Shown here: piece after piece, positions 49,261 through 60,358 of the stretch | How positions within the stretch are numbered: the first letter of the stretch is position 1 | How the letters are laid out: the number at the start of each line of letters is the position of its first letter | Source: Flectonema sp. DT1601 | Lineage: Eukaryota | DNA length: 64,000 nucleotides | Assembly (NCBI GenBank): GCA_964019425.1 | Contig: OZ025801.1 | Span: 62,001-126,000, forward strand | Direction of reading: 5' to 3' | The notes under the pieces: generated by a model | What the model was told of the DNA's origin: nothing | What the model saw: the letters and a program-made list of their open reading frames with translations, nothing else | Databases searched by the model: none | Program-made: the position numbers and the translations under genes

Positions 49261-49527
49261 AACCAACGATTCTAAAGCTAGTTTCTGTTAAATATATTTC
49301 AGTAATTTGCAGCATCCCAAAGCACCGTTTCACCAAGCATCGAATTTTTCGATGCGTTCCCATAATGTAAATCCAACATTATGATTATTAGTTTCTTAAT
49401 ACCAATTCTTAATTCACACCCATTTATCAGATTTCGAACCCCGTTTCGCGCATACCTTTTTAACGAATTTTAAATTGATGCCTCGCTCCAAGGGTGGGGC
49501 GGGGTTATTGTTTGGGAATCTGGAGAA

Positions 49528-49977
49528 TTGGAAATCCTGGGAGGGGCATGGCCATATGGTGAGAGTCGCCACATTAACATTCTTGAAGCTGATGCTCTGG
49601 CCAGGACTCTGGATGGAATCAGCCATGCTGACCACCTGGACATCTGGGTAGACAATACCTCGGTATGTGGAGCATTCAGGAAAAGAATGTGTGTAAGATC
49701 GCATGATTTGAACTTTTTTGTTATAAAAGCAGTGGAGAGAATTTTGTTTTTTAAGTGTTCTTTTTCTTTAAAATGGGTGAGTACGAAGTACAACCCAGCA
49801 GATATTCCATCTAGGGAAGCAATATCTTCGGCTACCAGGCAGAAGGTAGAACTTGCGCTGGGGGAATTCTTTAACTCGCGGCGGGGTGGTGGAGCCGGCA
49901 ACCCAACGAACAGAACTGGGACCGGCAGCGGCGTCCAGCCCATCCATGGCGGACCCACCACAACCCCAACGCGGTGA
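49528..49977 (+). pseudogene. RNase H remnant of DIRS/VIPER type
   Basis: GAW...HINILEADAL...IWVDNTSV...LKWVSTKYNPADIPSR. Confidence 0.85.
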
Positions 49978-50420
49978 CCTACTTGCATGGGTAGTCCACC
50001 AAGTTGACCATTGTTTAGTTTATTGATATCACCGAGTGATTTGTTTCTCATGTTTCCTTTCTTCCAAACAGGTGCCCAAAGGATGCAAGATAATTACTGT
50101 TAAATATATTTCAGTAATTTGCAGCATCCCAAAGCACCGTTTCACCAAGCATCGAATTTTTCGATGCGTTCCCATAATGTAAATCCAACATTATGATTAT
50201 TAGTTTCTTAATACCAATTCTTAATTCACAGAATTCGATAGAGTGGGAAGTAACGGACTGGGAGCTTTTGGCTCCTGCCCTATTCCCGATGTAAACTTTC
50301 TTTTTATTTTTTTTTTTTTAACAGGCCCAGAGGGCGACAATGACTGTTGCTGACCAAGGAATAATATTCAAATGAATTTTCGTTTCAAAGAAACGAACAG
50401 AATTAAGAGAGAGGCAGAGA

Positions 50421-50453
<33 letters not shown>

Positions 50454-50689
50454 AAAAAAAAAAAAAAAATATGAAGAGGAAATAATCAAACATGAAAAAA
50501 ATAAAAAAAAAAAAATAAAATATAAATAAAAAACGTTGTATGAAAAAGGAAAAAAAAGAAGAAAAAAAAAAAAAAAGACCAGAAAAGGAAAGAGAAAATG
50601 AAAAGGTATAATATTATTGTGGGGATATGAGGATAGCAGGGAGATGCTCTTTTTTTTTTTTTTTTTTTTATTTATTATTTAAAAAAAAG

Positions 50690-50784
50690 GAAACAATCAG
50701 TTTAGCGTCTCGATCGGGACGGAAAATAGAAATTTAATCGACATAGTCGATCGATAGAAAAAAAAACAATGATAACATTGTTTA

Positions 50785-50819
<35 letters not shown>

Positions 50820-53800
50820 CTTTTAATTATTTTAAAGAAAAAACAATCAGTTTAGCGTCTTGACCAGGACGGAAAATAGAAAGTGATCGACATAGTCGAT
50901 CGATAAAAAAACAATGATAACATTGTTTATTCTTTTTTTTTTTTTTTTAAATTCTTTTTATTTATTTTTTAAAGAAAAAAAAAACGGAAAATAAAAATTA
51001 GTCGACAAAGTCGAACGATAAAAAAAAAACAATGATAACATTGTTTATTCTTTTTTTTTTTTGTTTTTTTTTTGTATTCTTTTTTATTAATTTTGAAAAA
51101 AAACAATCAGTTTAGCGTCTTGACCAGGACGGAAAATAGAAAGTAATCGACATAGTCGATCGATAAAAAAACAATGATAACATTGTTTAATCTTTTTTTT
51201 TTTTTTAAATTCTTTTTATTTATTTTTTAAAGAAAAAAAACGGAAAATAGAAATTAGTCGACAAAGTCGAACGGTAAAAAAACAATGATAACATTGTTTA
51301 TTCTTTTTTTTTATTTTTTTTATATTTTTTTTAATTAATTTTGAAAAAAAAAACAATCAGTTTAGCGTCTTGACCAGGACGGAAAATAGAAAGCGATCGA
51401 CATAGTCGATCGATAAGAAAACAATGATAATATTGTTTATTCTTTTTTTTTTATTTTAAATTCTTTTTATTTATTTTTTAAAGAAAAAAAAAACGGAAAA
51501 TAGAAATTAGTCGACAAAGTCGAACGATAAAAAAAAAACAATGATAACATTGTTTATTCTTTTTTTTGTATTTTTTTTATATTCTTTTTTATTAATTTTG
51601 AAAAAAAAATAAAAAACAATCAGTTTAGCGTCTTGACCAGGACGGAAAATAGAAAGTAATCGACATAGTCGATCGATAAAAAAAACAATGATAACATTGT
51701 TTATTCTTTTTTTTTTTTTTTTTTTTAAATTCTTTTTATTTATTTTTTAAAAAGAAAAAAAAAACGGAAAATAGAAATTAGTCAACAAAGTCGAACGATT
51801 AAAAAAAAAACAATGATAACATTGTTTATTCTTTTTTTTTTATTTTTTTTAAATTCTTTTTTATTAATTTTGAAAAAAAAACAATCAGTTTAGCGTCTTG
51901 ACCAGGACGGAAAATAGAAAGTGATCGACATTGCTCTTCAGGGAGGGCCTTAGCCAAAAGCTAACAGTCCAAATCTCACCTGGAAATTCAACTCAGTCCT
52001 TGTCAGTTTTGGCATCAAACTTGTAATGGTTTAATCATTACAGGTTATTTACTGAAATATTTGTTCTAAAAGTTGCTAAGTATTTCTCACTTAGAAATTT
52101 TTTATTTTTTTATTTTCAGCTTAATTAGCTACAAATTGTTTCTACTAAGTGTTTCTCACTTAGATTTTTTTTTTTGCTTTTCAGCTCCTTAAAAGCTGCT
52201 AAGTGTTTCTGCTAAGTGTTTCTCACTTAGAATTTTATTGTTATGTTCGTTTTCTATCCCTTCTCCTATCCCTTTTGTTCAAAATAAGCGGGAGGAAATT
52301 CTCTCATTCACGCTAAGATGCACTCTGAACTTTGATTTTTTGATCTGAGTGTGAGGGAATGACCTGTTAGTGCATTGGGCATAGGCTGGGCTGCAGTTTA
52401 GATGTCTTAGGTGTTAATAGGGGGTTCCTCTTAGCATTTTTCTTTGTTCCCACCTTATGATTTTCTTGAAGAAAAAAAATAGAAGTCATAATGGTGCTTC
52501 CCTCTGGAAGGGTTGTAAGCCATGGTGTCCAACTAGATTAAAGGACAAGTCTGGGATAATCCCTGCCAGAGGGGCGAGTATTCTACCATGGTTGAAATAC
52601 TCTGGCAACTGATCTTCAATTTTATGTTGTTTGTTAGCTGCTGGTGTAATTAAATCATGTGTTGATACTTGCATTTGTTTATTTGTTATCTTTTACTACA
52701 ATAACGCTTGCCTATATCTTTTCTTTTTATTCCCTATCTGTTCTGATCTGTTACTTCATTTGTCTTGTTTAACTTCAGTTATATGCATTTTACTTTTTAT
52801 TGTTTCCCATCTACTTTTTATTTTCTATTAGTTCTGGTCAGAAACTCCTGGGCAGCAAGAAGGAAAGTAGTTAAGTACTTCTGGGTGTTTGGCATCACCC
52901 CCCATAGTGAGCAAGTACAACAGGTAGCATTGGTAGTCTGTTGATCCTGAGTGATCCCAGCTACAGTTTTGTTTTTCTTTCTTTTTTTTAGAAGAAGATC
53001 AGGACATCCAAGCACTGCTGGATAGTTGCTGAATGCAGGGCCTGCCTGTGGCATTATAATAACAGGCTAAGTCATTTGTAGTTCATAGTTTACCTTTGAT
53101 TTTATAACTTCACACAGGGTACTATGAACGATGAGAGATCCAGTGGGATCACTCAGGGTCTAGTAGAGACCACCAATGTTGTGCGTTGATAGGCAAGGTG
53201 ACCAACCTTGACATTCTTTCTTTTCTCTCCTGTTGTGACAAACACAAAATACACACACAGCTTACAGTGTGTTCTTTGTGTATGTTTTCTTCAGGTGTGA
53301 GTAGTTTTTTTGTTCTTGCTCTTCAGGGAGGGCCTTAGCCAAAAGCTAACAGTCCAAATCTCACCTGGAAATTCAACTCCGTCGATCGATAAAAAAACAA
53401 TGATAACATTGTTTATTCTTTTTTTTTATTTTAAATTCTTTTTATTTATTTTTTAAAGAAAAAAAAAGGAAAATAGAAATTAGTCGACAAAGTCGAACGA
53501 TGAAAAAAAACAATGATAACATTGTTTATTCTTTTTTTTATTTTTTTTTTTTATTCTTTTTTATTAATTTTGAAAAAAAAAAACAATCAGTTTAGCGTCT
53601 TGACCAGGACGGAAAATAGAAAGTAATCGACATAGTCGATCGATAAGAAAACAATGATAACATTGTTTATTCTTTTTTTTTTTATTTTAAATTCTTTTTA
53701 TTTATTTTTTAAAGAAAAAAACTGAAAATAGAAATTAGTCGACAAAGTCGAACGATAAAAAAAACAATGATAACATTGTTTATTCTTTTTTTATTTTTTT

Positions 53801-54018
53801 TTATATTCTTTTTTATTAATTTTGAAAAAAAAAAAACAATCAGTTTAGCGTCTTGACCAGGACGGAGAATAGAAAGTAATCGACATAGTCGATCGATAAA
53901 AAAAACAATGATAACATTGTTTATTCTTTTTTTTTTATTTTAAAATCTTTTTATTTATTTTTTAAAGAAAAAAACTGAAAATAGAAATTAGTCGACAAAG
54001 TCGAACGATAAAAAAAAA
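50690..54018. repeat. AT-rich dimeric satellite (~240-255-bp period) with internal palindromes; interrupted at 51931-53380
   Basis: Recurring ACAATCAGTTTAGCGTCTTGACCAGGACGGAAAATAG, ATCGACATAGTCGAT, AAACAATGATAACATTGTTT; variable homopolymers. Confidence 0.92.
51931..53379. mobile_element. 1385-bp non-coding unit plus 64-bp terminal direct repeat, no TSD
   Basis: Identical 64-mers at 51931-51994 and 53316-53379; interrupts the satellite motif GATCGACA(TA)GTCGATCG. Confidence 0.85.
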
Positions 54019-54111
54019 AGTTTATTGATATCACCGAGTGATTTGTTTCTCATGTTTCCTTTCTTCCAAACAGGTGCCCAAAGGATGCAAGATAATTACT
54101 GTACTTTATTG

Positions 54112-54702
54112 TTTTTTCCCATCCCATTCAGTGGCGTAAATTGCGCGGCTTCGTCAAGAAACCAAGCGGATTTTCACTCCTTTTACAAAAAAAATCGGCG
54201 GCCGCAAGTGTACGCGTCAGTGCGTGACTTGCGCTTCTTGCGTCTTCGCAAGGAAAAAGAGAGATTAAGAGTAGGAGTGTAGGTCGAAGTTGAATTGCAG
54301 TTTAGGCCCTGTTTACTTTCTCCTTTCCCCTCCCCCAGTTTTTTCCCATCCCATTCAGTGGCGTAAATTGCGCGGCTTCGTCAAGAAACCAAGCGGATTT
54401 TCACTCCTTTTACAAAAAAAATCGGCGGCCGCAAGTGTACGCGTCAGTGCGTGACTTGCGCTTCTTGCGTCTTCGCAAGGAAAAAGAGAGATTAAGAGTA
54501 GGAGTGTAGGTCGAAGTTGAATTGCAGTTTAGGCCCTGTTTACTTTCTCCTTTCCCCTCCCCCAGTTTTTTCCCATCCCATTCAGTGGCGTAAATTGCGC
54601 GGCTTCGTCAAGAAACCAAGCGGATTTTCACTCCTTTTACAAAAAAAATCGGCGGCCGCAAGTGTACGCGTCAGTGCGTGACTTGCGCTTCTTGCGTCTT
54701 CG
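54112..54702 (+). repeat. 227-bp tandem repeat (2.6 copies: 54112, 54339, 54566); complete units end in polypyrimidine tract + CAG
   Basis: Exact repeats; unit end TTTACTTTCTCCTTTCCCCTCCCCCAG. Confidence 0.95.
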
Positions 54703-54719
54703 AAGTCTTCGAAGTCTTC

Positions 54720-55735
54720 GAAGTCGCAGAAGTCGCAGAAGTCGCAGAAGTCGCAGAAGTCGCAGAAGTCGCAGAAGTCGCAGAAGTCGCAGAAGTCGCA
54801 GAAGTCGCAGAAGTCGCAGAAGTCGCAGAAGTCGCAGAAGTCGCAGAAGTCGCAGAAGTCGCAGAAGTCGCAGAAGTCGCAGAAGTCGCAGAAGTCGCAG
54901 AAGTCGCAGAAGTCGCAGAAGTCGCAGAAGTCGCAGAAGTCGCAGAAGTCGCAGAAGTCGCAGAAGTCGCAGAAGTCGCAGAAGTCGCAGAAGTCGCAGA
55001 AGTCGCAGAAGTCGCAGAAGTCGCAGAAGTCGCAGAAGTCGCAGAAGTCGCAGAAGTCGCAGAAGTCGCAGAAGTCGCAGAAGTCGCAGAAGTCGCAGAA
55101 GTCGCAGAAGTCGCAGAAGTCGCAGAAGTCGCAGAAGTCGCAGAAGTCGCAGAAGTCGCAGAAGTCGCAGAAGTCGCAGAAGTCGCAGAAGTCGCAGAAG
55201 TCGCAGAAGTCGCAGAAGTCGCAGAAGTCGCAGAAGTCGCAGAAGTCGCAGAAGTCGCAGAAGTCGCAGAAGTCGCAGAAGTCGCAGAAGTCGCAGAAGT
55301 CGCAGAAGTCGCAGAAGTCGCAGAAGTCGCAGAAGTCGCAGAAGTCGCAGAAGTCGCAGAAGTCGCAGAAGTCGCAGAAGTCGCAGAAGTCGCAGAAGTC
55401 GCAGAAGTCGCAGAAGTCGCAGAAGTCGCAGAAGTCGCAGAAGTCGCAGAAGTCGCAGAAGTCGCAGAAGTCGCAGAAGTCGCAGAAGTCGCAGAAGTCG
55501 CAGAAGTCGCAGAAGTCGCAGAAGTCGCAGAAGTCGCAGAAGTCGCAGAAGTCGCAGAAGTCGCAGAAGTCGCAGAAGTCGCAGAAGTCGCAGAAGTCGC
55601 AGAAGTCGCAGAAGTCGCAGAAGTCGCAGAAGTCGCAGAAGTCGCAGAAGTCGCAGAAGTCGCAGAAGTCGCAGAAGTCGCAGAAGTCGCAGAAGTCGCA
55701 GAAGTCGCAGAAGTCGCAGAAGTCGCAGAAGTCGC
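54720..55735. repeat. Perfect 9-bp tandem repeat (GAAGTCGCA)n, ~113 copies
   Basis: Directly visible; preceded by GAAGTCTTC variants. Confidence 0.98.
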
Positions 55736-55857
55736 CCCCAAACCCCCTTACATTTACTTTTTTCCACTCTATTTTGTATCTCGGCTCCATTCCATCGCCG
55801 GAAAAATCAGCCACACCGGGGATTGAACTGGTGCCTGTAAATCACTTTTTAAAAAAG

Positions 55858-55890
<33 letters not shown>

Positions 55891-55903
55891 TTAATTAAAT
55901 AAA

Positions 55904-58679
55904 GGAGAATTCTCCGTTGCCTACATAAAAAAAAGTTTTTTCTCCGTTGCCTGTCACCTTAACTTTTTTTTCTCCGTTGCCTGCACCCAAAAAGTTTTTT
56001 CGCTGTTGTGAACAACTCTTTTTTTTTTTTCTCTGTTGGGTACCAGCACTTTTTTTTTTTCTCTAAAAAAAAATTTTTTTTCTGGAAAAAAAAAAAAAAA
56101 AAAAAAAAAGAAAAAAGAAATAAGAAAAAAAATCAGAGGTAGAATCTTCACATCTTCTCACATTCTTGACAGTGTTTCCTTGTTAGACGAAAAGTTTTAT
56201 AAAGCAAGAATAGAAAACACTATAAATGAATCAGATGATGACCTTGCATCGAAAAATATTAAAGCTCATCAGATGATGAACTTGAATCACACTTCTTTCT
56301 CTTTCCGGATATCCGGTTTCTCCTAGTCGATGTATCGACAGTCTTCTTGGGGGCCGACTTCTTCGCTGATTTCTTGGGGGCCGACTTCTTGGGGGCCGAT
56401 TTCTTAGGGGCTGACTTCTTAGGGGCTGACTTCTTCGGGGCCGACTTCTCGTGTAAGGGGTTTTTACACGTAGTCTTATTGTGGCCCACCTTACCACAAC
56501 GACTACACAAGTTCTTTCCCTCCCCTTTGGAAGGAATCCTCTTCGTGGGGGCACCCTTCGTTGTTGGCGGTAACAGTTCAGTCTTCGCCGACTGAAACTG
56601 ATACAGCCCAACTGGCCGTACTGGGTCGTCATACGCCTTTCGTAAGGCTCCCAAACGAAAGCAGGTCGCTACGCCGTCGCTCGTAGTGCCACTTCTGCAC
56701 AATGCTGACAATGCTGTTAAGCATCCCCAACACATTCTTGTCCCTGGCTGAAGAGATAACATTGTTAAACCCTTCAGCCAGGTTGTTCGTACTTTGATTG
56801 TACGTCCTAGAGCGGATTGCACCGCGAGCCCAAGTCTCAGGCTCCTTTTCATCCAGGTATTCGTGGAGTACTTCAAGCTCGTTCTCCCCCGCAGACTCAC
56901 CAAGAGCATCAAACATGGGTAGGAACCTGTATGAAGGTGCCGTACACAGATGTTTGAACCTACCAAACATCTCCTTGCTGAACTTGGCCTTGATGTTTCG
57001 ACCCATGTGTTGTGTGCATTTGAGGGCAATCACATCGTTGTAATCCCCACGAAGCACCGACAGTAGGCCCTTGTCCTGATCGGCCATAAGGCCAAACCCT
57101 TCGCCCAAAAACTCCGGAACCTTCACCGCCGACTCCAGCTTCCCAAGGAAGTACTTCCACCCTTCGGCGTCTTCATTGCCTATCAAGGCGAAACCCACAG
57201 GGAGTTGACTTCCCAGTGGGTCCATTGCAACAAATGTAAGCAATGTCCCCAAGTAATGTGCTCGTAAGAAGCACCCATCAACAACCCCAAATCCCCCCGG
57301 ACATGCACCTACACCCTCCAGCGATGCCCCCAAAGCAAGGAAAAAGGACTTAAACCTTCCACCCTCTTCTTTTATGTCCCACTGGGTACCGGGGTTTTGT
57401 TCCGCCAGTGAGGTGAACCAGGCCTGTAACCAGGCAAATCCCTCATGGGGGTCACCATTGATCTCTTTATCGGCCTCTCCGAGGGCCCGGTATACAGTAT
57501 CCTTCCCTACTGTTATGCCGCAAGACTTTAAGTCTTGTACAAGGTGGGACTTTTTATATTTTGTACCCAACTCCTTGTATTTTGCCAGGGAAAGGTAGGC
57601 TATTGTGGTCTTGAGCCCGTACACCCTCCCCTCCCCAGGGTTGCAAGCGTCCATATGCCGCAGCTGTGACACCGTCACAGTTCTCTCTTCACAACTCCCT
57701 GTAGCGCACACCCTCCACTCACATGAGTCGGATGTGCAATGGAACGATATCTGGTTCTCACGCTTTTGTCTGCTAAACCTCCTTCCAGTGGAGCAGCAGG
57801 CGAGGGTGACGCTTGCCAGGAGTGCACTCTTGCTAGGGAAGACACGTCCCAGGGTTGGTGTCGGAACATTGAACACCGGCACGTTTATGGTCGGGACAGG
57901 TGTAACAGTATCCTCAGATGCGATCACAGGTGCAGTCTGCGGGGAGTCCATGTTTCCAGGCATTTGGTAGTAGGTAGGTGTTGAGTAGTTATTATCTGGA
58001 AACGTAGAGTAAAAAAACAAACAAACTATCAAGTGGACCTAGGTCCAGAACAGCAAGAAAAAAATGAGAATCCTAAAACCACTACCAAAATTTATTTTCA
58101 GCCACAAAGTTTCCATGAACACCCTCTCACCTTAAGCGCACACGGATGTTGAGATAACGTTTGTACGATGTTCATCTGGCTTGACGAGATTAGCAAAGAC
58201 AAGTACTCACGGAAAGGTTGGGTTGTTCGTCAGGTCTTGATAGTGTTCTCAGCCTCTGGGAGTTTTACTACAAGTGCATGCAAAGAACGGTATGTGTGCA
58301 GGGCTGGGTCACCTTACAGAGAACTGTTGTCCTCTTACACGTCATTCCAACCGAATTTCAAGGCCAAGACACCTGCGAGTTACAGACAGCCTGGTCGCAA
58401 GCGACACTCCTGTTTCTGACCGGGTTATCAGGGTATCTAACTCATGCAAGCATGAGAGCTTTTTTAAGGCTACCTTAAATTATCAAGAGCGCAGTACTGC
58501 CCGAAGGGTTCCCGCGTGTCAAGATGCATTTGCGTGTACTGAGCAGAAGTTCCAGAAGGAAGATTACTTTTATCATTTCCCAAGTCATCACATCCTTAAC
58601 CGTTTGTGTTATTAGCTTTCAATCAATCCATCAGATGAGTGTATGGTATCTAACTAACTAACCAGGTAGACAGGTGCAC

Positions 58680-58710
<31 letters not shown>

Positions 58711-58933
58711 AAAAGGGAAAAAAGGTCAAGTGACACACAACAGAGAAAAATAAATATAGGTGGCACACAACAGCGAAAAATAAATATAGGTGGCACACAA
58801 CAGCGAAAAAAAAGTTTAGGTGGCACACAACAGCGAAAAAAAAAAAGAAAAAAAAACACAACGGAGAAAAATTCTTTTAGGTGGACTACAACGGAGAAAA
58901 ATAAAGTTTTGGGGTAGCAACGGAGAATTTTCC
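55904..58933 (-). mobile_element. Mutator-like (MULE) DNA transposon
   Basis: TIRs GGAGAATTCTCCGTTGC / GCAACGGAGAATTTTCC with subterminal repeats; 9-bp TSD TTAAATAAA (55895-55903, 58934-58942). Confidence 0.95.
56259..57963 (-). pseudogene. MULE transposase, frameshifted at ~56635
   Basis: C-x4-C.WRV, VDGCFL, LPVGFAL, LMADQDKGL, CTQHM, STNNLAEGFN; the CSRCGKVGHNKTTC knuckle and KKSAP repeats lie in another frame. Confidence 0.88.
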
Positions 58934-59070
58934 TTAAATAAATAACCACGAGTTCTCTTAGAATACGTTTCATCTTTTAGAAACCCCATATCTCCTACTG
59001 TTTCATTAGTTTCATTTATTCCCTCCCCAGCCCCACTTAGAAAACTTTGTTACCCATCTGCCTTTGGCTT

Positions 59071-59101
<31 letters not shown>

Positions 59102-60031
59102 GGGTACCTGTCGCGCAAGGGGCACTATAGACTCCGGCGCCATAAACCACTTGTATAGTTTCCTTATCTCTCCCCGTATGTTAATCAACCCCTGTAGAAT
59201 GTTACTGCCAATCAGTTTACTCTCCCTGTCAATACTCCTCTCCCTGCTTTCCTCTCATTGTACACCCACAGATCCACCGCACCACAACTCTTCTAATCAG
59301 CCATCTACATGCTGCATCAACAAACAAGGCCACGGGTTAAATATTATACCGCAACCGTGGATTCTCTCGGCGGAAGGGGTACCGGGCAGTCCTGGTACGT
59401 TCATGGAATTTCGATAAAGTGGGAAGTAACGGACTGGGAGCTTTTGGCTCCTGCCCTATTCCCGATGTAAACTTTCTTTTTATTTTTATTTTTTTTAACA
59501 GGCCCAAAGGGCGACAATGATGGTTGCTGACCAAGGAATGACCATCTTCATCCATTTTGTATTGTTAAACTAATTAAGACAAAATTAAGAATTAAACTAC
59601 TTAGAATAAGTGATTAAACATATGAAACTGACGTCGGGGTGATGTTACATCTTCAAGAGGTCGTTTAGACAAAACTTTGAAACGCACCGAGGCAAGAGCG
59701 GTGCAACAAGCCAAATAAACAAGCAAACAATTCGCGAACCTCAAGAAGAAACACCCAGGGTGGGTTGGGTGGGAAAAAGTTTAAAGTTTTAAGTAAATAA
59801 GCAAAATTTGCTAAGGAAAGGAATATAATGTTAAATGTTTAGCGAATAGATAAACAAACGGCTTCCAGAGCACAGAGCAAATCATCGCAACAGAGCCGTT
59901 CAGTCCAAGCATTGCACAGAACCCGAAGTATTAAGTTCAGAGTGCATTTTAGTTAAGGGAGGGATATTTTTCTTTCCGTTCCGATAGGAGCGGGAAGAGA
60001 GAATGTAATAAAAGATTTTCGACGTACCAGA

Positions 60032-60114
60032 GCAGGCATAGCCGAGTGGTTATGGTCGTCGACTATAAATCGCTTGGGTAGCCGTGGTCACGGGTTCAAT
60101 TCTCGGTCACGGCA
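60032..60114 (+). pseudogene. Degenerate tRNA-like sequence (Ser/Leu-type long variable arm) or SINE head
   Basis: A box TAGCCGAGTGG, B box GGTTCAATTC, T-run after; acceptor and anticodon stems mispaired. Confidence 0.7.
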
Positions 60115-60261
60115 GATTTTTCGCGTTTTTCCTTCAGGAAACTGAAGGACTAAAAAGACACAGAAATGGACTCAGTGATCATTCCCTGAGTAAACTGAGA
60201 GAATAATATTCAAATGAATTTTCGTTTCAAAGAAACGAACAGAATTAAGAGAGAGGCAGAG

Positions 60262-60293
<32 letters not shown>

Positions 60294-60358
60294 GAAAAAA
60301 AAAAAAAAAAATGAAGAGGAAATAATCAAACATGAAAAAAAAAAAAAAATATATATAT

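Larger units (their letters stand above)
49289..54102 (+). mobile_element. Internally deleted split-direct-repeat retroelement (DIRS/Ngaro/VIPER-type): A1 49289-49418, B1 50017-50100, A2 50101-50230, B2 54019-54102
   Basis: 130-bp A and 84-bp B repeats in A..BA..B order; internal RNase H remnant of DIRS type. Confidence 0.8.
49261..55890 (+). mobile_element. Retroposed SL-trans-spliced, polyadenylated repeat RNA, interrupted inside the SL by a 4.8-kb insertion
   Basis: SL 5' part at 49261-49288 (lacking CA), SL 3' part ACTTTATTG at 54103-54111, then 227-bp repeats, 9-mer array, and an A tail at ~55851-55888. Confidence 0.8.

Noticed and set aside
54720..55735. Telomeric repeat
   Set aside because: Not TTAGGG-like, and internal to a poly(A)-tailed element.
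54582..55840. 350-410-aa ORFs (CDF/RLL/SRR/SAT/EVA repeats)
   Set aside because: By-product of a stop-free 9-mer repeat.
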